The notes: generated by a model not told the origin, from the sequence alone. Positions 1-10,693 are shown, counted from the stretch's first letter. The stretch: 64,000 bases of DNA from Promethearchaeota archaeon (GCA_019057795.1 JAHLWS010000021.1:1-64000), one strand, 5' to 3'. Translations and numbers: made by a program.

Positions 1-1127
1 CCTTGGATAATCATAAAAAATAAAAAATCTGAAATCGCCATCAGAAAAGTTAAAACAGCATATAATCCAACTGTAATAACGATGATCTTTTTTCGATTAG
101 ATAGCTTAAAAGCATACAATACTTCGTCTTGATTATCATCCTTAACGTTCAATTTATATGGGTCTTTAGCCATAATTTTGTTAATTTTATTATTCATTTT
201 GTTTGAAATTCGTTGCCCCATTATACAACCTCCAATGTTAAGTAAGATTAACACAACATATAATAAAGAGTAAATATTAAATTCTTCTTCTCCGAATCTG
301 GTTAAAATCCAAGACATAAAAGGAAATTTATACAAATTATCACTCCATATCAATAAGAACGATAGAAATAACAGAATCAAATTTAAAGTATTATTTCCCC
401 CTAAACTTATAACATCCTTCTCACATTGTTCGGAGTTTTTTTCTGGTTTATTAGCTGTTTCTCTCAAAAAAACTGTTGATAAGATTATAGGAAGAGATGA
501 TAAGAAACCAATAAAGAAAAAACTGTTCCATTGATTGACGTTAAAGATATCGTTTACAGTAAAAAGGAACACAACTGATGGTATAAACGAGCCAATATTT
601 GAAGATATATTAATAGCAACTAAATTATTGTCTTTAACAGTTTCATTGAAGGAAAGATCAATGATCATTTTTGAAATTCCAACTCTAACGATTTCTTGAC
701 TCAACAAGTTCAATGCTAAGAAGAGACCGAATACACCTAAATTTCTACCACTAAACACAGTAAGTAAGAAGCTAGCCAAAAAAAGTATACTGGATGATAT
801 AATTATTAACTTTTTATTTTTGGAATACCTATCAAATAAATATCCTAATCCTGGGCCTAAGAACATAACGAGATAAACAAATACTTGGATGAATGCTAAT
901 TGGCTTCTATCAACGTTCAAAATGTTTAATAAATAGACTGGAAGATATACTACTAAATAGATTCTTATGACGCTAATGGCAAAATACAGAAAGAAGAACC
1001 CGATATAGTTTGATCTCTTAATATTTCCTTTTTCTCTTTGCTTAAAGAACCTAAAATTCCACTTATACTTAAACTCTGATATTTCAACCGATTTATTAGC
1101 TGTTGCCCTATCTTTATTATTAAACAT
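1..1127 (-). CDS. MFS transporter (3' end runs off the window; not in ORF track)
   Basis: Read by hand at both ends. ATG at 1127 gives MFNNKDRAT...IGFFFLYFAISVIRIYLVVYLPVYLL...GPGLGYLFDRYSKNKKLII (MFS motif A-like). The same frame near the window edge reads ...LNIGGCIMGQRISNK...IVITVGLYAVLTFLMAISDFLFFMIIQ. Multiple hydrophobic segments. Confidence 0.8.
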   Translation of the reverse strand, partial: MFNNKDRATANKSVEISEFKYKWNFRFFKQREKGNIKRSNYIGFFFLYFAISVIRIYLVVYLPVYLLNILNVDRSQLAFIQVFVYLVMFLGPGLGYLFDRYSKNKKLIIISSSILFLASFLLTVFSGRNLGVFGLFLALNLLSQEIVRVGISKMIIDLSFNETVKDNNLVAINISSNIGSFIPSVVFLFTVNDIFNVNQWNSFFFIGFLSSLPIILSTVFLRETANKPEKNSEQCEKDVISLGGNNTLNLILLFLSFLLIWSDNLYKFPFMSWILTRFGEEEFNIYSLLYVVLILLNIGGCIMGQRISNKMNNKINKIMAKDPYKLNVKDDNQDEVLYAFKLSNRKKIIVITVGLYAVLTFLMAISDFLFFMIIQ

Positions 1128-1300
1128 CTTCAAAATTCAACCGCGAAAAATTATTCAGTTTTTATTTTCAATAATTTTGTTCTTAAACTTAAAAACTACA
1201 CAGTAAATAATTTTATGATGTTTTAGAAAGCTATATTTATCAGCAAAAGAAAATTATTGATATTTATCCTTACTGAGCAGGTATCTTCCATCATACTTAC

Positions 1301-1331
1301 AAAAAAAAAAAGGGAAAAATATGGTTTTCCC
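1301..1331 (-). terminator. Hairpin plus U-tract terminator-like element
   Basis: The minus strand reads GGGAAAA-CCAUAU-UUUUCCC followed by U11 (plus-strand A at 1301-1311). Confidence 0.55.
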
Positions 1332-1370
1332 GCATTTCGGATTTTTTAATAATCCAAGCGGGAGAATCGT

Positions 1371-1400
1371 TTAGGGTGTAGTATCACAAGTTGCAGGCAT
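1371..1400 (-). promoter_or_regulatory. Putative leader peptide MPATCDTTP
   Basis: ATG CCT GCA ACT TGT GAT ACT ACA CCC TAA. SD-like GAGGT 8 nt upstream (1409-1413) and TATA-like TTTATATA at 1454-1447. Confidence 0.45.
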
Positions 1401-1576
1401 TTTAGCTTACCTCAGCTTATTTTAATGAAATTTAAATTGATTATTGTATATAAACCCGCTATCCTCAACCAACGAGCTCACAATATTTTATTTATAAATA
1501 AATATAAAAACACAACCGATTTAATGATAATAAAAAGTAAAATGAAATAAAATAGCTCAAACTTTAGCTCAAAGCG

Positions 1577-2566
1577 TTAATCCCGCGTTGTGGATAAATA
1601 CTCCGAAATGCCATCGCCTTCTTTACCATTGTATGTGAATATTGCTACTTGTTCGTAAATTTCAGTTAGCCCTTTCTCGGATGGAAGAGGTAAATATTGC
1701 GAAAATATTGTTTTTGATTCTATGGTTCTTTTCTTTCCATTTTCATCCGTTATGATAAATGTTGATGAAACAGGTGTTTTTTCGTCTTCTTTCGTTTTTG
1801 TGCTCACTTCAATATTTGTTATTCTAATATTATCAGCACCTTTAGAATAAATTATTCCATCTTGTCTTACTTCACCAAGGGCTTCAGCTTTGTAAAAATT
1901 AATAGTCTCATCTTCAAACTGGGCAACAACCCAATTCCACGAATCAATCCCGCCCCAATCTCTAATGCCCCAGCTATGATCGCGATGACCGAAACCTTTA
2001 ATGGTTCGCGTTTCAATTACTTCCCCCTTTTTCTTCAGAATCAAAGTACCTGTAGCTATCATAGGTTGCTCGTAATGCATTTGAGCAAATACTTGCTCTG
2101 TCTCAGTATAGTTATCCTCCTTAAGAAATGCTAATGGATCCGTACCCGCAGCTGAATTAAATATTGGAAATCTTCCCTCAAGGTTAACATCTAAATCAAC
2201 TTGGCTGTTTTTGAATTTAATTTTCCATTGCTTCATAGGTTTGACGCAGTAATACTTTACTTTATTATCGATTTCCCAATTAGCAGGCATTTTTTCAAGA
2301 GGAATTTCTTTAAAATAAACTCTAGCCTTACCATCAATTATCAGCAAAACTAAAACCAGAGACTTTTTTTTATCCATGTGGTAAGATAATCTAGTAACTA
2401 AAAAAACGTTGTTTGGGCGATCAATAAAATTGAAGTACCAACTCTCGTTATGGAATGGAGGAAACTTCCCCCAATCGTGGCTATATTCATCCTTATCAGA
2501 TAAATCATAGCTATCATTAACCTGTTTCTTTTGTTTTTTCTCTTTTGTCATAATACATCCATTCAA
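1577..2566 (-). CDS. Tocopherol-cyclase/AttH-like beta-barrel protein
   Basis: Motifs NESWYFNF, HYEQ and GHRDHSWGIRDW are typical of this family. Likely start is ATG 2551. Confidence 0.6.
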   Translation of the reverse strand: MNGCIMTKEKKQKKQVNDSYDLSDKDEYSHDWGKFPPFHNESWYFNFIDRPNNVFLVTRLSYHMDKKKSLVLVLLIIDGKARVYFKEIPLEKMPANWEIDNKVKYYCVKPMKQWKIKFKNSQVDLDVNLEGRFPIFNSAAGTDPLAFLKEDNYTETEQVFAQMHYEQPMIATGTLILKKKGEVIETRTIKGFGHRDHSWGIRDWGGIDSWNWVVAQFEDETINFYKAEALGEVRQDGIIYSKGADNIRITNIEVSTKTKEDEKTPVSSTFIITDENGKKRTIESKTIFSQYLPLPSEKGLTEIYEQVAIFTYNGKEGDGISEYLSTTRD

Positions 2567-2797
2567 AAAATTTTCTCCTAATAAAAACTAGAAATATAGA
2601 ATGTTATTTAAAAATCTTCATTTATCAATCAAAATAAGAGATTCTTTAAAGAGTAGCTAAAAAATCAATATATTGTTTTAGAATTTTGTTCCTTTTGTCA
2701 AATTAAATTTATAACCTAAATTAAATAAAGAATAAATTAAATATTCATGAAATTTTAAAAAAGAATATATAAAAAATTAAAAACAAGGTTTTTATAA

Positions 2798-3184
2798 TTG
2801 ATATTTGATTGGGCTCAAACTTTTAGTACTCTTGAAGGAATAATGGGGTTCCTTATTTTTTATTTGATCTTTCTTGTATTAATGGCGCTCTTTCTTAAGC
2901 TTGCCTTAAGTTTTTTCAGTAAAGCGAAACACAAAGAATTCGGACAGATAATTATAACGGCGTTTATCATAACTATTATTTATGCTCTTACATTTCTGTT
3001 TCTGGGTGGTTGGTTAGCATGGGTCATAGTTTTAATTGCTGCGTGGTTAATCATTAGCGGACGGCACCATACTGGATTTTTAGGAGCGATAGTGGTTACA
3101 GTTATTGCTTTTATACTATTTATAATTATTTCTATATTGCTGGTTGTGCTATTTGGTATTACCCTATTTATTATCCTAATTTAA
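2798..3184 (+). CDS. Hypothetical membrane protein (about 4 TM)
   Basis: 128 aa, almost entirely hydrophobic, followed by a T-rich tract. Confidence 0.7.
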   Translation: MIFDWAQTFSTLEGIMGFLIFYLIFLVLMALFLKLALSFFSKAKHKEFGQIIITAFIITIIYALTFLFLGGWLAWVIVLIAAWLIISGRHHTGFLGAIVVTVIAFILFIIISILLVVLFGITLFIILI

Positions 3185-3274
3185 TTTAAATTTTAATTTT
3201 TTTTTCTTTTTTTCTTTCTTAAATTTATATTAAATGAAAAAACCAATTTGACAAATGATAAAAAAAAGGATTTT

Positions 3275-4594
3275 TTAAGTATTAGTTAAAGATTTTATTC
3301 TCTCGTCAAATTCTTTCTCTGTAGATTCAATTTCTCTTACGACATTTTTAAGGACTGGAATCCAGAAAAAGGGAATAAAAATCCAAAAGAAAATTGAAAT
3401 CATCATTCCAGTAACAAAACCAAAAATGTCAGCGATAATGGTTCCGATTAAAGGACCAATCGCCCGTCCAATGATGTCAAAAAAATTTGAGGTTGCCAAT
3501 ACAGTTCCACGGTTTTCTGGTAGGTTTAAGTCTACGACTGTGGCGTACCAGTTTCCGTTAACGGCTCCATTTGTAAACATTCCAATACTGAATAGTACGA
3601 TCCAAATTAATAAGCCTGGAAATAAATTAGGAGCGCTAAACGGAATAATTAATGCGACGAATAGAAATGGAATAGGAGCAATATTGCCAAATAACGCTAA
3701 AAGAACCCTCGCTTTTTTATTGCCTTTTTTAAACTGCTTGTCTCCAATATACCCAAACACTACAGTCCCAAGTATGATACTTACGAGGATGACTAAAAAA
3801 ATTAGCACAGTCACATCCGCGGTAATCCCATGATATACTTCCATATATGCGTACAGTAATGTTAGTATAATGCCGGTCGGAATTGTGTCTACAAAATTAA
3901 CAACTAACCAAATATTAGCTTTCTTTTTAAAAATTATCCTTACATCTGATAGTTTTATCCTATATGAGTAATCGACAGCGTCTATATCAAAGGCGTGGTC
4001 TTTACCCAAACGAGAAGGTTCTTTAAATAGTAAAAATAATAACGATGCCAGAATTCCAACAATGCCAATTACTAGAAAAGGGAATCTCCAATCAGTACTG
4101 CCTGCATATGTAGCTAAGGCGCTACCAAAAACTATTCCAAATAAAGATGCGATCGAGAAAAATGAGAAGCCTTTAGAGCGATCCTCACTTGAGACCATAT
4201 CCCCCATTAACGAAAAAATGCTCGGAATTAATGCGCCGTACCCTATTCCTGTTAAGATAGTTAAAAAGAAAAAAATTGAATAACCAAAGATTCCAGTTGG
4301 GACAGTTATAGTGAAAAGCGAAAATATTGAAAATATTAATGAACCAAAAAACACAATCCATTTTCTAACGATTTTATCGGCCAAATACCCAAAAATTAAC
4401 ATCGTTATCCCAGTAAAAATCATAAAAGAGAAAGTAAGTACTCCAAGAGGTGCAGTATCACCGCCAAACCCGAAATAACTTGAAATCACGAGTAAATTCG
4501 GCGAAATCATGTTTGATACTGAATTTATTAGCGTAATGATCAAAACAAATAGAATAATTGATAATAATGGCAATTTCTTAGAATTATCGTTCAT
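3275..4594 (-). CDS. MFS transporter
   Basis: GYLADKIVRK motif A, about 12 TM segments, EDRSKG and ENRG loop motifs. Confidence 0.9.
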   Translation of the reverse strand: MNDNSKKLPLLSIILFVLIITLINSVSNMISPNLLVISSYFGFGGDTAPLGVLTFSFMIFTGITMLIFGYLADKIVRKWIVFFGSLIFSIFSLFTITVPTGIFGYSIFFFLTILTGIGYGALIPSIFSLMGDMVSSEDRSKGFSFFSIASLFGIVFGSALATYAGSTDWRFPFLVIGIVGILASLLFLLFKEPSRLGKDHAFDIDAVDYSYRIKLSDVRIIFKKKANIWLVVNFVDTIPTGIILTLLYAYMEVYHGITADVTVLIFLVILVSIILGTVVFGYIGDKQFKKGNKKARVLLALFGNIAPIPFLFVALIIPFSAPNLFPGLLIWIVLFSIGMFTNGAVNGNWYATVVDLNLPENRGTVLATSNFFDIIGRAIGPLIGTIIADIFGFVTGMMISIFFWIFIPFFWIPVLKNVVREIESTEKEFDERIKSLTNT

Positions 4595-4730
4595 ACTATA
4601 AATTTAAACTTTATTCTATAAAAAGATTAAAAAAGACTTTGAAACTTAACATAATTCACAAAGAATTAGATTTGCAATATTTTAATTAGTCAAAGGAAGA
4701 ATTTAATAATAAAAATATGCCGATTAAAAC

Positions 4731-5189
4731 TTAACAAAGCTCTCCTTGTTTTTCGTAGCAATCAAAAACACTATCTAAATCTTCGATATAATTTAGCATA
4801 GATGCGTACCATTTATCAAGTAAATCGCGAGTCTGCTTCTTAACCATTTCTAAATCTTTTGCTCCGTAAACATATAAGTATCCCCGTTTAATTTTCTCTT
4901 CTAAATCCTTTTTTTCGCTGAAGTCTTTTAAAGACATTGATTTTCTTTCGATAACATTAACTTCAATAAGAGTTTGGAGGGCTCTTTGAATTGAGCTACG
5001 ATCTTTTTTAAATATTTTAGTTAATTCCATCGTACTAACATTGTCGTGTTTTAATAAATAAGAAAAAACAACTGATTCTATGACGTTAAGTCCTAATATG
5101 CATTTAAATAATTTTCCACTTTTAAAAATCTTTTTCTCTTCTAACATACCTTTTAATTGATCTGAAATACTTTCTATTTCCATTTCCAA
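4731..5189 (-). CDS. Winged-HTH transcriptional regulator (TrmB-like)
   Basis: CILGLNVIES...ELTKIFKKDRSSIQRALQTL HTH and GYLYVY wing. Confidence 0.75.
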   Translation of the reverse strand: MEMEIESISDQLKGMLEEKKIFKSGKLFKCILGLNVIESVVFSYLLKHDNVSTMELTKIFKKDRSSIQRALQTLIEVNVIERKSMSLKDFSEKKDLEEKIKRGYLYVYGAKDLEMVKKQTRDLLDKWYASMLNYIEDLDSVFDCYEKQGELC

Positions 5190-5252
5190 GGATTAACACC
5201 AAAATTTTGCTATATAATAAAAAATTCAATAAAATAAACAATAAAAAATAAA

Positions 5253-5660
5253 TTACGCGAAAGATTTAAGTTTTTCCAGGATTCTGTTCATATAATCTTC
5301 GTTTACTGCGCCAACAATTTTATGTATTACCTTATTATCTTTAATAAATAATGTCGTAGGAATTCCAGTAATTCTGTAAGTTTGGGCTATAGAGCCGACT
5401 TCGTCAACGTTTACTTTAACAAAGATAAAATCTTGATAGCGTTCCTTTTGAATTTTTTCGAATATTGGAGCAAACATCATACAAGGAGAACACCAAACCG
5501 CCCAGAAATCTATTATTATAACTTTATCAGAGAAATCTTGGGTTAATTTACTAAACTCTTCTGCCGAATGAATTTTAACTATTTCTGTTGGCATCGATTG
5601 AGCTTTTACCAGCATTTCGGCCTTTTTTAGCCGAATCTTTTCTAAATCATTATCAGACAT
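5253..5660 (-). CDS. trxA: Thioredoxin
   Basis: DFWAVWCSPC active site, KVNVDE, and GIPT cis-Pro motif. Confidence 0.9.
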   Translation of the reverse strand: MSDNDLEKIRLKKAEMLVKAQSMPTEIVKIHSAEEFSKLTQDFSDKVIIIDFWAVWCSPCMMFAPIFEKIQKERYQDFIFVKVNVDEVGSIAQTYRITGIPTTLFIKDNKVIHKIVGAVNEDYMNRILEKLKSFA

Positions 5661-5937
5661 TTTCTTTTCCGTTTTTGTGTTGTTTTTAAAGTGGTGATAT
5701 AGTGTATCACAATCACATAACTTTATTAATTTATAAAATTTAGCCTTCTATTTAAAGCTCGCGATTATGAAAAAAAAGTCCCAACAAAAGAACGAAAAAA
5801 CGAAAAATTTTCAAAACTCTTTTTATAATTATAATTAATAAAGATCAATAATATTAGTAGACTATTTTTCTATTAATAAGACTTAAAAGAGCAAATTTAT
5901 TCTATTTTTCTATAAATAGATATTGGTGTAATTCAAG

Positions 5938-6690
5938 ATGAACATCCATTCGCTTTTTATATTAAAAAATACTGGAGTTTGTATTTACAGCAGAAATATC
6001 ACGAGCGATTTTGATAATATTGATCCTAATTTAATTACACCCTTTTTTTCTGCGTTATTTTCATTCTCTGCAAACGTTATATCTAAACAGACTCCGGAAA
6101 TTCTCGAAATGGGCGGATTTAGAATTGCTTTTAAAGTGAAAGGAGAATTTATTTATGCTATTTTAGCAGATTCAAGTGCAAGTTTATTATTTATTAATTC
6201 CCGTTTGGTTAGTATAGTTGATGTATTTGAAGAATTTTTAGAGAACAACGATGTTGAAGATTACGAAGTAATCGAAAGCGCCGAATTCGACTCTAAAATT
6301 GATTCAATTATTACCGGGGAAGCTGAATTGATCGGTAGTCAACCTTTATATAAAAAAATTATCGATCTCATTAAGAGATTAACTTTAGAAAACGAGATAT
6401 TAGGCGCTACTTTATTTACTATCAATGGAAAAGTAATTTTTACTTCTCTCCCGCACGACATATTGTTATCCTCTTTAAAAGAATTAGAAATTAGACATAC
6501 GGTGGCAAACGAATTCAAATTGACTTTTGTCTGCTTAGACAATGGACAAAAAGTCTTTACGGGAAAAATAAATATTCCGTGGAAGCTCGATCCATTATTG
6601 ATCGTAGTGTTATTCGAGTCTTCGGTCCCTCTCGGTATGGCCGAACTAAATTTAGATAAACTAATTAAAACAATCGAAAATATCCTTTAG
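5938..6690 (+). CDS. Longin-domain protein with C-terminal roadblock-like domain
   Basis: N-terminal IHSLFILKNTGVCIYSR...LITPFFSALFSF fits a longin pattern. C-terminal EILGATLFTINGKVIFTSLP fits a roadblock/LC7 pattern. Confidence 0.6.
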   Translation: MNIHSLFILKNTGVCIYSRNITSDFDNIDPNLITPFFSALFSFSANVISKQTPEILEMGGFRIAFKVKGEFIYAILADSSASLLFINSRLVSIVDVFEEFLENNDVEDYEVIESAEFDSKIDSIITGEAELIGSQPLYKKIIDLIKRLTLENEILGATLFTINGKVIFTSLPHDILLSSLKELEIRHTVANEFKLTFVCLDNGQKVFTGKINIPWKLDPLLIVVLFESSVPLGMAELNLDKLIKTIENIL

Positions 6691-6787
6691 TTTTTTATTA
6701 GTTAATATTTTCTACTAGTGAATTTAAGAGGTTCTATTAAAATTCTATTTAATAATCTTTTTTTTTTATTAATAATTTAAAGATTTA

Positions 6788-8053
6788 ATGAACTACGATA
6801 TTATTATTATCGGTGCGGGGATTTCTGGAGCAACTTTAGCGTATAAGTCATCAAAATACGCAAAAACGCTTCTAATTGAATCACAAGATTTCGATCGGGA
6901 AATACCTGTTAGAATAAATATATTTGCTGAACATAATAAACCTTTTATTGACGATACCTTCTGGAACGACGATTCAATTTTTCCACGTCCTTTTCTCCAA
7001 TTAAACTATAAGAGCGACAAGTATGACGGCCTTTTGAATTCGAAAGAATTTGGGGCGCCGTTAGGAAAGATTTCACACACAGAAATATTCATTAAAAAGC
7101 TTATTGAAAAGTTTAAAGATCAAGGTGGCACGACGCAATTTAATGAAAAAATTGCAAAAGTAGTTAAACACAATGATTATGTTGAGGTTATTAACAATAA
7201 AGGAGAATCTTATACTGCTAAACTTTTAATTTTAGCTACAGGTTCTCGTGGATTTGATTTACAGAAATCGTTAGGATTTGAAATTCCCGACTCTTTTATG
7301 GGAATTTATACTAATACCTACGCTGATGAAAGCCTACTAGATGAGAATTTTAACTTTCAATATATGTTTCATCTAAACCCCAACATAAGCCCTAATGGAC
7401 CCTTCTTTTTTAATGTAGGAAAAGGTAGGGTTTCGACAGGATATTTAGGAAATAAAGAATCTCCCGACCAGCTCAGAGAAAAATTAGAAAGAATTCTAAG
7501 AAACTATAAGAAAATTCAACCTTTTATGAATGGATTGAAATGGGACAGAAATTTTATAACTGGAGGGATTTCAAAACATCCAATAAAAACCATGACTAAA
7601 GATCGCGTAATTGTCTTGGGGGAGGCCGCAGGAGTGGTTACCGCGTTCTTTTACGAAGGCCTTTTAGGTGGTTTAGCTAGCGCTGATATCGCGGCAAAGC
7701 TTATTAAACCATTATTAGAAAACAATTCAAACTTTTCTAGATCAGAATTAATAACATACGACCGTGAGATTGCTCGAATTTTGTTAAATGGATATTTTAG
7801 AAATGGTGTTGCTTGCGAATTGCTGTTCTATAGTAATGATTCGTCCGCAAAAACCTTATGGACAACTTATACTAATTTATTAAATACAAATAAAACAGTT
7901 AGAAAATATGTGTACGAAGCGCATACTATCCAAGATTTATGGAATTACGAGACGGATAGAGATAGATATGTCGGAGAGCGCTTATTTGGTGCTCTACCTG
8001 GTCTACAAAAATTAACCTTGTGGCCTAAATTTCTAAAAGCGATGTCCAAATAG
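6788..8053 (+). CDS. FAD-dependent oxidoreductase, geranylgeranyl-reductase family
   Basis: YDIIIIGAGISG Rossmann motif, LILATG, and VIVLGEAAG...EG. Confidence 0.75.
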   Translation: MNYDIIIIGAGISGATLAYKSSKYAKTLLIESQDFDREIPVRINIFAEHNKPFIDDTFWNDDSIFPRPFLQLNYKSDKYDGLLNSKEFGAPLGKISHTEIFIKKLIEKFKDQGGTTQFNEKIAKVVKHNDYVEVINNKGESYTAKLLILATGSRGFDLQKSLGFEIPDSFMGIYTNTYADESLLDENFNFQYMFHLNPNISPNGPFFFNVGKGRVSTGYLGNKESPDQLREKLERILRNYKKIQPFMNGLKWDRNFITGGISKHPIKTMTKDRVIVLGEAAGVVTAFFYEGLLGGLASADIAAKLIKPLLENNSNFSRSELITYDREIARILLNGYFRNGVACELLFYSNDSSAKTLWTTYTNLLNTNKTVRKYVYEAHTIQDLWNYETDRDRYVGERLFGALPGLQKLTLWPKFLKAMSK

Positions 8054-8156
8054 TATTTTTTTTAAAAATCTTTTCTTGAATATTTATAAAATTTAACATG
8101 AAAGTGAATTAGAATAAGATCAACAAATTAAAAATAAATTTATATGAGTAAGAAAT

Positions 8157-10475
8157 TTATTTGTTAGCAAACTTCTCTGATAAGCCTTTTTGAAGTTTTT
8201 CTATTGATTTTTTAATATCCATAATAAAAGGACTAATTTTGTTTCCTATTTCGGGATTTATATTGATTGCTTTATCTAGGTTTTGGATCGCTGAATGGTA
8301 ATCATTTTTATCTAAATAAGCATATCCCATAAAAAGCCAAGCAAACGCGTAATCTGGGTCGATTTCCGTTGCCTTTTTATAAGCATCAATTGCGTAATCA
8401 AATTGTTCTTTATGTTTATACGAATTTGCCATATTGTAGTATGCTAATGCGTAAATTGGTTCAAATCCTACTGCTTTTTTATAAGAGTCGATTGCTTTAT
8501 CGAATTGCTTTAATTTTTCGTGACTAAATCCCATATTATTCCATGATTTTGCGTGTTTAGGGTTGAAATTAATAGCTTTTTTAAAATAGTCAATAGCAGT
8601 GTTGTACTCGTGTTTATCGTTGTTTGCAATACCAATGTAATAGAAAGCGTCTATAAAAGTACTATCAAGTTCTATTGCTTTATTGCAATCTGCAATGGCA
8701 TTATTAAAGCTTTTTCTTTTAATTTCTAATATGGCTTTTTCAATTAATTTCAGTTTGTATTCGTATTTAATAGCAATTAGGTTTTTAAATTCTGGACTTT
8801 TGATGGATTCGTTAATTTTAATTGCTCTTTCAAAGTTTTCAAAGGATTCTTTAAAGGATTCGCTATCTGCTAACTGTACGCCTTGTTCAACTAGTAGCTT
8901 GATTTCAGAGTGGTATAATTCGTCAATAGATTTCTTTATTTGTTCCATTTCTTGAAATCTACGGTTGGGGTCATCGATAGTTTTGGCGTAATCCATTTTT
9001 TTGTTAAGTTTTTCGAGTTCTTTTTCGTATTTCTGTATTTCTTCAGATAAATCTCCACGGTCTACTAACTCTTTTAATTCTGCTTGATAGACTAAACCTT
9101 TAATTTTATTAATCTCTTCTTCCATCTCTTGAGTTAGGTACATTTTATTCGTCATTTCAAGAGCCCTATTAAAAATTACTATCGCTTCCTTATAATTTTT
9201 CAGAGCTAATTTATCTTTACCTTCTTTAAGAACATCCTCAATTTGGGCGAGATAGACCTTATTAACAGTATTTTTCAAATCTATAAAAAATTCATTTGTT
9301 TCTTCAGGAATAGCCATTTTCTTTGCGACACTAATTGCGGCATATAGCTCGTTAATTGCTTTTTCGTAATCTCGTTGTCCGATTTTTTGGATCGCTTTTT
9401 CTTTAATAAAATTAATTCTCTTTTTGCAAGTGTTGTTAATTAAATCAGTTATATCGGTTATCTGATCGTTTCGTTCTCTTGATTCAGCCATTTTATTTGC
9501 AATATCCAAAGCGTTACGATATAAATCAACTATTTCGTTTACAACGCTAACATTTTCCTCAAAATTTTCTTTAATTTCTAACTCTTTTCCCTTATTTAAA
9601 ATAGGTTTAATTCTTTCTAAATAAATTGGATTCAGCACATCTGAGGCAATAGAATTTATTCGGTTTATTTCCGATTTCTTTTGTTCTGAATCGTACATTT
9701 CATTAGTAATTCTTAATGCTTCTTCGAATTCTTTGGCTGCTTCTTCGAAATTATTTTGTTCGATTAAGTTTTGTCCATTCTGTACAATAGATTTCACTTT
9801 ATTCGAATAAACTTGGTTGATCAAACTTCTTAAATTAGTTATTTCAGTATCTTTTAATTGAGACTCGTAATAGTGATCTGTCAATTTAAGACCTTCACTA
9901 AACGTTTTAAGCGCGCCATCAAGATTTCCGCTTACTTTTAATTGATTTGCTTTTTCAACTATAAGATTAACTTTTATGGAATATATCTCATTGATTGAAT
10001 TTTCAATTTTTTTAATCAGTTCACCTTCGAGATCTTCCATATAAAACTCTTTGGCGGCATTTAAGGTGTCTCTAAGCATACTAATGGCTCGATCGTATTG
10101 CTCTTCCTTTTTTACTGTTTCGGCTTTGAAGATGGACTCTTCAATTTTGGTTTTATTTATTATATAATTAATTTGATTAACTTCATAATCTCTCAAGCCC
10201 TTGTCTACAATTTTATCAGCGATCCTTCCTACTTCGTCAAAAATTTTATAGACATTGTCGAAATCGTTGTTATTAATTAAATTATTTGCCGTCTCAATAA
10301 TATCGATGATTTCTACAGAATATATTTGGTCAATTTGAGATTTGATGTTTGCTGTCTCGTCTTCGCGTTCTTCTGGTTCTTTTACATTCTCCTCTACGAA
10401 CCTCAAAGCTTCGAAATACTTTTCAACCGCTTTATTGTACTTTCTAAGGTTTTTGAACTCATTTCCTTCTTGCAT
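8157..10475 (-). CDS. TPR/alpha-solenoid repeat protein
   Basis: C-terminal canonical TPRs (AYYNMANSY...AIDAYKKATEIDPDY) preceded by longer helical repeats. Confidence 0.9.
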   Translation of the reverse strand: MQEGNEFKNLRKYNKAVEKYFEALRFVEENVKEPEEREDETANIKSQIDQIYSVEIIDIIETANNLINNNDFDNVYKIFDEVGRIADKIVDKGLRDYEVNQINYIINKTKIEESIFKAETVKKEEQYDRAISMLRDTLNAAKEFYMEDLEGELIKKIENSINEIYSIKVNLIVEKANQLKVSGNLDGALKTFSEGLKLTDHYYESQLKDTEITNLRSLINQVYSNKVKSIVQNGQNLIEQNNFEEAAKEFEEALRITNEMYDSEQKKSEINRINSIASDVLNPIYLERIKPILNKGKELEIKENFEENVSVVNEIVDLYRNALDIANKMAESRERNDQITDITDLINNTCKKRINFIKEKAIQKIGQRDYEKAINELYAAISVAKKMAIPEETNEFFIDLKNTVNKVYLAQIEDVLKEGKDKLALKNYKEAIVIFNRALEMTNKMYLTQEMEEEINKIKGLVYQAELKELVDRGDLSEEIQKYEKELEKLNKKMDYAKTIDDPNRRFQEMEQIKKSIDELYHSEIKLLVEQGVQLADSESFKESFENFERAIKINESIKSPEFKNLIAIKYEYKLKLIEKAILEIKRKSFNNAIADCNKAIELDSTFIDAFYYIGIANNDKHEYNTAIDYFKKAINFNPKHAKSWNNMGFSHEKLKQFDKAIDSYKKAVGFEPIYALAYYNMANSYKHKEQFDYAIDAYKKATEIDPDYAFAWLFMGYAYLDKNDYHSAIQNLDKAININPEIGNKISPFIMDIKKSIEKLQKGLSEKFANK

Positions 10476-10693
10476 AATCGAATTAAGTTTCTTTATGTCG
10501 GTTTTTTTAATTTCTATACGCCTTCCTTATTAACTGAAGCTATTTATTTTTTTACAGTTAAATCTAAGAATTAATCAAAATTTTTTAAACTTTTCTTATA
10601 AAATACTTACTCAATGAAAAAAATCGATTTTTAATTTATTTAATTCAATTCTCATAATATAATAATAATTTATAATTATCAAATATTGGTTTT

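Noticed and set aside
1235-1300. GATGG...GCTGAT on the minus strand resembling a fluoride riboswitch or C/D box RNA
   Set aside because: No pseudoknot complement, and the box motifs are imperfect.
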